Shown: piece by piece, positions 1-11,400 of the stretch
Numbering within the stretch: the first letter of the stretch is position 1
Layout: every line of letters begins with the position of its first letter
Origin: Laetmonice hystrix
Taxonomy: Eukaryota
Direction: 5' to 3'
NCBI GenBank assembly: GCA_965235115.1
Contig: OZ249450.1
Location: 15,438,001-15,502,000 of the forward strand
DNA length: 64,000 nt
Notes under the pieces: model-generated
Seen by the model: only the letters and a program-made list of their open reading frames with translations
The model's database searches: none
What the model was told of the DNA's origin: nothing
Translations under genes and position numbers: made by a program

Positions 1-235
1 GGACCAGGATCAGTGAAACAAGTCTGGACCAGGATCAATTAAACAAGTCTGGACCAGGATCAATTAAACAAGTCTGGACCAGGATCAATTAAACAAGTCT
101 GGACCAGGATCAATTAAACAAAACAAGTCTGGACCAGGATCAGTTAAACAAGTCTCGACCAGGATCAATTAAACAAGTCTCGACCAGGATCATTAAGTCT
201 GGGCCAGGATGTCTAAACCAGGATCACAAGTCTGG
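1..235. repeat. 25-bp minisatellite, unit GGACCAGGATCAATTAAACAAGTCT, about 9 copies decaying rightwards, truncated by the window start
   Basis: Unit read directly; the early copies are near-identical and the last ones lose bases. Confidence 0.95.
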
Positions 236-3200
236 ACGAGCGAGTCTAACTTGTAACCAGGACTGGCATAACAACCACTGTATACATATGTTACCTGCTA
301 CCTGTGTGAGCCAGACCTGTATGGTATCGACTTTTCTCCCCTTCCCTCTCAGTGCATGCAATCCGGCAGCATTTAAATGTCAAAATAAAATTAACTACCT
401 TGGAAAATACTTTTTTCAATCGAGCTATGTTTGTCCCGTTGCTACCCCCTCAATGGAAAAGGTAGACAAAAATAGCGTAGATGCATTGACCTTGCAGAGC
501 TACCAAAACGACCGTTCTTGCTCATACAGTCTAGACTCCATCAATAACGTTAGTCAATACATACTGTCTCGTCTCGTCTTGTCTCACGAGAAGCTAGTCT
601 TCCCCATCCACCCAGCGTACCTGTCTATTAGTGGAACGTATATTTCCACCTGTTTCTCTACCATTTTAAAATTGTTTTTTTTTACTTACACGGATTTTAA
701 TAGCCAGGTTATGAAATTATAAGAAGCCCACATAAATATGCTCTCAAGTTGGACTAAATTTTAAATGGATTTCCCTTTACAAATAAACAGTTACATACCC
801 TGGTATGTTAGCGAGGGGGAAAGCCTAAAAGGGGGCTTCCTCCAGCAGCGTCCCTTTCATCTCCAGACCCCCCCCCCCCTCAACCATTCACTTACTGTGA
901 GTCGCCAGAGGCCAGTGGAGGCAATTGCTGTCAGTCTGGCGACAGAGCTACCATCGACTGTTTGCGGCAATGGTCAGTGAGAACTTGGCAGTACCGTACC
1001 TTCCGATCGAGTGGAACGAATATACTGGAATAACTGCTCCACAGTGTGTCTCTTCACCATTCCCATCCCACTAACTTACCGTGATGGTAGTCGGCCTCAC
1101 TCTGCCGAGGATAGATCTCGTCTCTTGCAGTAATCGGTGGTCAGTTCACTTGACCACTGAGGATGAGACGATCCGAGCAATCGAGAGTTCTGCTTGGTGA
1201 CCAGTATTTGGAAACAGTTGCAGACCTCCTGGTGTTTCGGTGTTTGACTGAGAGCAGCAGCAGGACCCGTTGACTGCCTGGCACGGTGGAAAGTTCCACT
1301 TCTGGGAGCAGTAAAGTGAACTATCTAGGCTGGATGAACTGGGTGTGGTTCCTGGTGCGAGCAGCGAGCTGCTGCTGCTGCCGTGGGTTATAGTTTAGAC
1401 TCTTGTACTAACGGAGGCTGGATTATGTCTCACGCCCCCCAGCGTCGATGTCTACAGGCAGCGCTGGCTGGGTAGATGGTGAGATCCCCGACTGTTTGGC
1501 TGGTTGCCGGCTGACCCAGCCTCACAACCCGTGATGGCTGTATATGTATATGTCAGAATGTGCTGGGTGATGACAGGCTTGTCCAAGTAACTTTATGTGA
1601 GGGCGGTACCAACAAACTAGTCGGTCCGTGCGGGGGTCTCCACTGCCACAGCTCCAGCTGCTGCCCACTGCTATAGTGTCCGCCGCTTTACTTCCCAAGT
1701 GCCCCTCCAAACTTGGCAACACTCGGCTTGACCAGAGTTTTATATGTCGCTTGGCCGGTACCTTATCTCAATGCGTGGGATCATTATGCGACGTTGTCCT
1801 TAAATGTGTACAAACATCTCATTCCCGCCGGTATAATTGTGGGTATTTACTAACATTATCTGCATTATTAACTTTACATTCCAGTGATTTGTCAAACTCA
1901 TGTTGACTTTACGTCGCGGCAAGGTTGGATATCATCACTAGCAATGAATTCTAAATCAATCTGAATCAATGTCGTACCGCCAGACTTTTCTATTTTATGT
2001 TTACAGCTGTGCTATCATGACATAGAACGGTTTTAACCTGTAGATCATGACAATTGCCATAACTCTATCTGTCATGGTGTGAGAACAACGATTTTATCTT
2101 TTGATAAACACAATTTGCAGTATAACACGGCTACAACTTTACCTATATATCCCAAGCCCTAACCACGAGAGCCTTCATAGCTTTATACTATGAATAATCC
2201 ATAGCTTTGCCTTACTTGAGAGAACCATACATTTATAATTGTGGTCTCTCAGTTACAAAAATCGTACAGACATCACATGTAGAACATTTGTGGTCTCACT
2301 TCAAAGGAAGAAATTGATTCTGCTAAATAGAAATATGCCTCAAAGAAACTTCACTAAACACTTGTCTATTAACAAAGGGTTTTAACCCTAACCCTGAATA
2401 ACCAACCACAACGGGCCATCTCTCATACCGGGTAAACACTTACCGATGAAGTGCCCTAATCAATCAGGTGTTTGCGTGGCTGACCACAAGGTGGACATTG
2501 AATCAGTGACTAGGTGACGAGGTACTGGTGTGACAGTGACTCACTTATCTGTCCATGTCATATTTCTCCTGTCTCCCTCCTAATTACATACCATCTGTCC
2601 TTCCACCAGGTTACTCATGGTGTCAGAAGATATGGTCACATAATTACGACAGAACTTTTCTCCTAATATATCAGGGTGTCTCCGCACAAATACGAAGGAT
2701 GACAACATGTAAACTAACATCTCACACTGCCATAGGATTTTGGGGTATATCCCCCGCGATAACTTAACCGCAACGAAATTTGGTCAGAAGTAAAGATCCA
2801 TAGCCCTGACCATATCCCTAACCCCTGCCCCTACACCTTCCCAAAACATATCCCTATGCTATCCTAAGGCTAACCCTGTCCTTAACCCGAACCCCTACTC
2901 AAAAAATGTATCTGGATGTTACCATGGGGGGAATAACCGATTTTGGTGTAGGTGTCTATCCCAGTATTGTTAAGTTTGGTTTATTTAAATATTTGGCGGG
3001 AGTCAGGATAAATAATGCCGCTGAGCTCTCGTGTAGGGCGGTTTGGTGGACGCGGCCATCAGAACCAGCTATAAAACTTGACTGGGAGACACATAACGGT
3101 CCGAGAGAAATTGACATTTACAGGAAGGGACCTTATGGACCTATTATGGTCTAAATGGAAGAGTCACAGATCATAGAAAATAATCAACTCGGAGAGCGCT

Positions 3201-6146
3201 CAGATCACAGATCTTGTGTTTTGATTCGTGTCTTCACTAATACCAGTCAACGACTGGCAACGATATACTCAAAACATACTCAAAACATATGTACAAAACA
3301 TTCCCCAGTCCATCACCCATCTACACTCTCAAACACACCAAATTCCCCACCCATACACGTGGAATACACGTCCTAATAATCTTTATGACGGTGGCTGATG
3401 AGGGAGCCCTAGATGGCAGTGACCGAATGTGGAGTGACCAGCTTCCACAGTTCTCTGACTGACCGCTCCCCTCTCTCCCCACCCCTGGGAGTCATCCATC
3501 ACCGCCAGGCACCACAGGCACGATCATATAGACATCATACAATCATGGTTCTAACAGGGGATCAACATGTCATCGACTGTGTAATGTTTAATACATGCTC
3601 CAGGATGGCGCAGACAGTGGCTGGCTGCACTCTCACTGTCCCTCACAAATTATGGCAACCAATGAGGTTGGGGCCCATAGACCGGCCTTGGTGCCGTCAT
3701 CACGGTTGTTTTGTATGTGGATGATGATGTTTTGATGATATTATCGAGAGGTTCAGCCATACTTGTCAGGGCCGTGTTGGGAAATGCACAGCAATTTTTC
3801 TTACACACAACAATTTTGTACGGCAGTTATATGTTAGGTGGCTGGGAATAATTGGAGAAATTGCTTTATTTTTGCTCGTATTTTTTGCAAAACAAGGGAA
3901 GGAATACTTCACACAGTTTGTAGTGTCTCATTGCAAACTGCGATACCATATCCAACATTGGTTATTTCAATATTATGGACATATGACATTTCCCTCACCC
4001 CCCCCCCCCCCTACTATCCTTATTGATGCCAGATTCCTATTAAGGCGAAACGATACGTTTCGACCTTTGGACTATGAACATGGCAATAAACAGATCAAAC
4101 ACTAAGCCAGCATGCAGCACAATACAGTGGCTGAGAATTCACAGCAAATCATGTATTCAAGAACGTCTCAGGACTGGGTTCCATCTGCTGGTTTGGGGAA
4201 CCCTCTACCCTGCGTCTGATGTAATATGGCATGACGCTTGACGGACACAGAATGTTGGTACCTGACACACACCCAGTCCCGACACTACAGTAAGATCCTG
4301 TATTTAGCAGGAGGAATCCGACTGGTCCCGGTTCATTGCTGTCTGGTCAGTGTTTAGGAGTGGTATGTCCTTTGGATGATCTCTAGGCGTGTCTATGGTG
4401 AACCCAGACAGCCACTTCAAACACGGCGCCACTGTTAAACCCTCCTCTCTCGCTAACCATCTGTCCGTAATGGACATCTTCTAAACTCAAACCCATGGAG
4501 GTCGGTCATGTCTTGCCACTTTTAGTTTTTGGTGAAATATACGCGTATTGCGCTCAAAAGTATCTCGGGCTCATTGATAATGCATTAGTGCAAAACTAGA
4601 AGCTTCAAGATATATACCGCTATCTACGCACAGAGGTTTTCACCAATGAGACATCCGCCGAGTTGAGATAACTGATGACCTCAACTTAACCTTTCTGAAA
4701 ACCTCTTGAGTGATGGTCGTAGAGCCGAATTCGTTCGTGCAATAATGAGAAAGGGGAGGGGGAGGCGGAGCTGCAGCTTCTTCTTTCTTAATGTTATTTT
4801 CAACTGTTTATTTTACCAATATGGTTACTCAATACTTGAACTTTTTAGTTTATGCCAGTTCAGCTTAGCATTTTGCATGTCAAAATCCTCGATTAGATCC
4901 CCATAAAGACATTAATTACGCGCGTATTTTTCCAGTCATTCCTCACTGAAAGAATTCGACTGAACATAATTCGCCCTAGATTATAATAATTAAAATTATT
5001 GGCATTCCATGTCAAAGTAGTGATTTATCCAGGCGATTAGTAAAACTAAAAGATCTTCTGGTACCAAGCACAACTTGAGGCCCTCGAAAACGCCAAGTAT
5101 ATCTGCCAGTATGCAGGGTGGGTTGGTACGCCTGGTTGCCATGGTAGCATGTCTTAGGTCGCCATGCAGAACAATATGTCAGTGGCCGCCATAGCAACAT
5201 GTCCAAGACATGTATCTGGAAGGAGGTCACCAGGACAGGAGGACATCTGACCACTGGCCTGACCCCGCTGGTGGCTGGGACACCTATCTAGGTCACCGCC
5301 CTGGAGGGGGCCGGGTCAGGGGGATAACATGGAAGGGGTTGGATTATGGAAAATGGGTGATGAAGCTTAGAGGAGTGGACTAATCGTTCATTGAGGGGAC
5401 CTATTGGTGGGACTGGGCAGTGGGGACTCCCTAGGTGATTCAGCCAGACTAAGTGAGGACCCAAGGCATCTGAAGTTTAAGTGTCAGCCTAATGAAATCA
5501 ATATGGGAATCGCCTCTCCAGGCACCTGGGACATATGGTGTACTGCTCCCAGCAGCTGGCCCATTATCAAAGCCACACCACGTTTCTACTCATTCCATCC
5601 CTGTAAAATGTTCTACTGGTTCATTTTGATTGTCTCACTACCGTTACAGAACTACTCGAACTGTACTTCGCCTGCACACTTTACATCTGAGAAAAGTAAC
5701 TTGACGATCTATTTGCCTTCCTAATACTTGTGACTTGTCAGCTGTAATCTTTCTCTTCTCACTACTGACTTTGATGTTTCACATCATAGGTAGATATCTT
5801 AACGAAATAACTGGGGGGAAAACCGCGCTACTTTCTTCGGAAGTTCAAGTTCAAGTAAGGCCTCTCAAATATTCTCTCCGTGAACCGGCCATTTCAAGTG
5901 GCTTTTAATGACAGGCTACGTGTTGAGACATGCTATACCTTGGTGTAAGGAGTCAGAATGTGTTTGGCCAACATTTCTCACATTCCTTCCCCTTCCCACC
6001 CATACACACACACATCCTAAACCCCTCCTTCTCTGCCGGTATCTGTGCCCGTCCCGTCTCCTTCTATTGCTCCTTCTACCGTCACTCCTCCCGTCTTCCT
6101 TCCATCCCTCATTTAATCACTCCCACACGACCTTCCCATCACTTAC

Positions 6147-6263
6147 TGTGTAAGAGACCCAGTTGACGTCGATTCCCTCCTCGATGAACGCCTTCACTCT
6201 GTCCGTATGTCCGTACCCACACGCTTCCCAGAATGCCTCTTGTTTCGTCACGGCCAGCCCCAT
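6147..6263 (-). CDS. First coding exon of an ankyrin-repeat protein (rest of gene not located, probably beyond the left edge)
   Basis: Encodes MGLAVTKQEAFWEACGYGHTDRVKAFIEEGIDVNWVSYT, which matches the ankyrin helix-turn-helix pattern (A..G..D.V...I..G.DVN). Strong acceptor tttttctctctcatcacag|G-ATG and phase-0 donor ACA|gtaagt. Confidence 0.7.
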
Positions 6264-8424
6264 CCTGTGATGAGAGAGAAAAAGAGAGACTGTGAGAGAG
6301 AGGGAGAGTGAGGTCTGAGCACAGCTGAGCTGGTAACTTGGCAGACTGGTAGTGAGGACGGCGATGGGCTGGAGTAAACCCTCAAAGCTATCACCTGGAG
6401 AAATACTGGAGCAGCCCCTGGAGCTGGAACATGAGTGGGGGATAGAGTGTAAATGGGGTGGGACCACTCATGGCAATCACCCAGTACATCTCTACAGCAG
6501 GTGGACTTCACACAGATCAGGGTTAACTTCTACTATACCAGTTGGAATTCTACATTTACTTTGAAAAATCTCCTTCAGGAGTAGAGTCTGCGGCGCCAGA
6601 GCGATTATAATCAGCCAATCCTATATGCACCCTTGTGAATGGGTGTAAGTTGTACTGGCCTGCAAAATGTGGGAAACTGTACAAACTGTACTAGATCAAA
6701 TGAATTGAATGACTCTGTTGTCAAGTTTGGGAAATGCCGATATAACAAACATCTTAATTTATATACCAGTATATTACATATGGGGTGAAGTGCATTCAGG
6801 AGTTCGTCCCTTTTGAATATCGTAATTTTTTAAATGAATTTTGAGTGTCAGTTTCTGATATTGGCAAGTAACGCACCAAGGTTGGATAGATAAACTGCGG
6901 CACGTGGTGTGAATGTCGATCGAATCAGAATGAGCTTCCCCGATTAGGATAGATCTCAATTCATTAATGTTTTGCCTAATCTGCCAGATCTGTACATACA
7001 ATTCTGCAGGTCGGATGCTCTTCAAACAGAAGAGTTAAGGTGAGGGAGGCGCACCGTAGGTGACCAGTACTCCTGGGGTGCCAGAGACCCCATGTACGGT
7101 ACCCAGGGGGTAAAACCCCCGGGATTCTGCCACCCGATCTGGTCACACCACCCCGACCCCCACCTAGGGTATGAAGGGTACACATCCTCTCGATAAACTC
7201 CAAACCCTCTCTGATCTTTGGCAGAAAAACTGGATTAGGGTCACCTGCATTGAAGTCGGTTAAATCCCGCCGAGTATAGCGGTGAGGAGGTGAAGTCGAT
7301 CGGCCTGTGACCTTCAAAATGTACGTTATCGTGTCATGCTTGGAATCTAAACATTTCAAATCTACCAATATCGTTTCCTCTCTCCCCCACCCCCAACCCA
7401 CTTCTCCACTCCCAGTTAAAGGTTGGCCCGGCAAAATTGCACTGGTGGAGTGCCACTAAAAATTGTGTTTCATCATCAGCGATCCTAGCCAGAAACTTTT
7501 ATTTGAGCAACAGAGACATTAAATTTGAAAGGCTGCCTTTTTCTCTAATCCTACGTTGATTCTCCCAAGCTTTCCGAATCAGAATCCTACTCCGCTAAAT
7601 GGCAAGTTTTAGCTTTAATTCTTTTTATCATACTTATGGAAGCGGACCACGCAACTCTCAGAAATTTGTTTATTTATGTCACCACAGAGTATTCTTGGGG
7701 AGGTGTAGGGGCAGGGGTTAGGGGTATGGTCAGGGCTTCATTCTCTCTGTCCAAGTTTATAATATACTAAAGTACTCCGGCCCCTATAAAATACATCTGA
7801 TTGGAAGGCTGGCGGTGGTATGTGGTGATCCACCTTTCTCGATGTGCCCACACAGTCCAGACGCCAGACATGCACCTGGTGAAAGTCTGCCATCAGTGCC
7901 AACACCCTGGAAGTCCTCCAGACCAGCCATCCAGTACTGTCTACCTCAAAGTACTGGAGAACTGGAATCAATAAGGCTGGAGTTATATGCCAGTTCACCC
8001 CTACCTGGTACCACGTGGGTACATACTGCAGGCCTGCCCGGACCTTCTCCTGAAGGTTAGGCCGCTAGGGTTTACTTAAGTATATTTTAGACTCTACAGC
8101 TTGACACAAGTTTTCCAGGGCTCAATTTAACAGGTACCGTATCTCATCACAAAGTGCGATTTATTTTGGACCCCTTCGCGATGCAAGACAAAAATCGTCT
8201 TGCAAAAAATGTGATACAATGTCATATTATATCACTATACATGCAAATAAGATTTTTTTCTAGCACAATTTTCTATGAATTCGTACCCTGTTTTCCACCG
8301 GCTACCTGGATCCAACGTGATAATTAAATACAGCCTGTGTGTGTTGACCAGTAATTCTGATACAAATTTAATATCACTCGGATATTCCTGAGAGTTGCCT
8401 AACAGATCCATTGTAAAATGACGC

Positions 8425-11400
8425 TCATGTCATGAATGCAGCATGTATGTGTGTACACTGGACAATTACATAATGTAACTTGTGCTTTTTCAGTTCACAA
8501 ACCAACCAACTGACATGTACATTGTAAACGTACATCAATTGATAAATCGTATCAACTGCATAATTCCTGGCAGACTGGGAAACCAACAACTTGGCCAAGC
8601 ACCCACTGCCAGTCAATCCTATCCAGGTTAAACACAGGATCCGATATTCAAAGGTCAAACCATAACCTCTGACCAAATCACTCAGTGGTCAGTGCTCGCT
8701 GTGAAGGAGTCTGATTATGTTGGTCACTCATAATGGTCACAATCAGCTAAATACATCCCATTGTGCCATGGGCATTACATGTATGAAATATGGGATCGGG
8801 TCAGCCTGGTTTTCTCTGTCCCTGTCTATGTAGGGCGCGTATACATGATAATGTCAATAGAATATCCTTCAACTGATCCTGCAACTTGTCTTTTTTTGTG
8901 TGAGATCGCCGGAAAGCCGTAAAAAATGTTCTGATAAAATATAAATCATAGCCATCAACCATCAGTTCGGCTTCAGTTGGTTTCGGTAGTACTTAGCAGA
9001 CCTCCTGAAATGTGAGAGTGATACAGAATGTAGGAATACCTATTTCGACCTTGACCCTGGCTCCACCATTACGTGGTTTATGCCGATCACAACGTTCGCC
9101 TAAGGCAACATGTCGGATCAACGTGCATGCTCCTGACAACATGTCAGACACGTGCACCAATTGCCCTTCTGCCTGGAGCACCTCAAGCTCCTCGTTTAAT
9201 GAATGACTTGGGGGCACCCGTCTCTTATGAAAACTCTTAACTACGCAAGTAACCAACAATGACATTTACGGTTAGAATGCCAGACACTTTGCTCTTCTTC
9301 TTTTTTTATAGAGAAAAGGGGTAATGGTTCCATCCTTGTTCACATTACGTACACGTGTGGTTTAACAACACAATATTTTTGTTGCGTTTACATTCATTGA
9401 TCAGGTCCCATCCAGTTATAACGACTACATAATTGTCGTGAATGGACATTCATCACTCTTTTTAATTACATACAATTATCTGTGTTTTCCATCTTAGATA
9501 ATTAGTCATTACTTTCTTAATAACTTTAATAAGGCCATGACGCCTGTCACAAATAAAGGCATCTAAATGAGCAGTTTTAACTATAAAGCTGCGCTGAAGC
9601 ATGGTTTAAGAACAGTGAATCGCAATGTTAACGACTGAAATTTATGTATGAATTTGATACTTTTTCCTTTTTTTCACCATCTGCCATAATGGTCAAGATG
9701 GAATGTAGGCTAAACCATCCCATCATGACTGAACACTGTATATCAGAACAAGCTTGTGAAGCTTATAGCCCCCACTACAAACTATGGATTCTTGAAAAAA
9801 CGATGCACGACTTCAATTGATCTTTGAAGGGCAAAGGAAATATTGTCAAATGAAACTTTGTAAACTTAGTAAAGTTCTATGCAGTTATATGTACAGCTTG
9901 ATGGCGTTATCCGGCGTAAAGATGCATGTGTTTGATAGTGTTATCCGACATGAAGTGTTTTGTAGATATGCTTGACCTCGATTGACCTTTAGAGGTCAGT
10001 TATGTACAGTTTGATAGCGTTGTCTGGCGTGAACCAACTGATAGGGACAAATTATCTGTGGGTCCGGGAACTATGCGTACTTTTGGCACGCTTGTTGCCC
10101 CTCATGCATTCTGTCAGCAAGAACGAAATCCAGATAATTGTTAAAGAGTTATTGCTTCGAACTTCTTTAAATCCAAGATGGCCACCAAGCAGCCATTTTT
10201 AATGATATATTTGACCTGTGTCCTCCTTAGACTGTTCCTGGTTATTATGTAATGTTTCATGCAAGATTAGATGTTGTTAAATTTTCAACTGGTTTGGAGG
10301 TACAGGTCATTAAAATATGCATGACCTTGATTGACCTTTCAAGGTCGCTCAAGGTCATGGAAAATGGCGCCAAATGAAACTTCATATATGACTTCCTATC
10401 TATCAATAATAATAACTGTTGCCTTATCTTGCACCGTTTTCGAGATATGAGCCAAAACAGTGTTATGGGGGGAGTAAAATATTAATATGGCCGCCATGTC
10501 GCCATATTTCCTCTGATCTGGAAATACATTGGCATATACATTGCCCCTCATATACACCTTCTTTCCACCAAATTTGAAAGAAATCGGGATCGTTTTGTCT
10601 TGAGTTATTGCTCCAAATGTGTTTACATCCAAGATGGCCACCACGCGGCCATTTTGACTGATGTCAAAAATATCTTTGACCTGCCTCATCCGTGGACTGT
10701 CCCGGATCATGATGTAATGTTTCATGCAAGATTATGTCGTTATCTTTAACTGTTTTGAAGATCCAGGCTATTGCAAATATGCATGACCTTGATTGACCTT
10801 TCAAGGTCGCTCAAGGTCATCGAAAATGGCGCCAAATAAAACGTCATATATGACTTCCTATCTGTCAATAATAATAACTATTGCCTTATCTTGCACCGTT
10901 TTCGAGATATGGGCCAAAACAGTGTTATGGGGGGAGTAAAATATTAATATGGCCGCCATGTCGCCATATTTGCTCTGATCTGGCAATACATTGGCATATA
11001 CATTGCCCCTCATATACACCTTCTTTCCACCAAATTTGAAAGAAATCGGGATCGTTTTGTGTGAGTTATTACTTCAAATGTGTTTACATCCAAGATGGCC
11101 ACCACGCGGCCATTTTGACTGATGTCAAAAATATCTTTGACCTGCCTCATCCGTGGACTGTCCCGGATCATTATGTAATGTTTCTTGCAAGATTATGTCG
11201 TTATCTTTAACTGTTTTGAAGATCCAGGCTATTGAAAATATGCATGACCTTGATTGACCTTTCAAGGTCGCTCAAGGTTATCGAAAATGGCGCCAAATGA
11301 AACGTCACATATGACTTCCTATCTGTCAATAATAGTAACTATTGCGTCATCTTGCACAGTTTTCGAGATATAAGCCAAAACAGTGTCATTGTGGGGGTCA

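Noticed and set aside
288-5724. ORF-track entries in the first 6 kb, including a Ser-rich stretch at 1080-1530 and a short open frame at 4290-4430 on the minus strand
   Set aside because: Stops occur in all frames over longer spans, and I found no recognisable domain or phase-consistent exon chain.
6774-8049. Phase-compatible candidate exons on the minus strand (8005-8049, 7164-7311, about 6774-6995)
   Set aside because: The FANCB-like frame already terminates at 8425 and these peptides match nothing I recognise; they may be chance or UTR sequence. RNA-seq is needed.
10396-10725. 109-aa ORF and neighbouring ORFs at 10002-11821
   Set aside because: They lie within the tandem units of the pearl/HINE-like element and show no Rep/helicase or transposase motifs.
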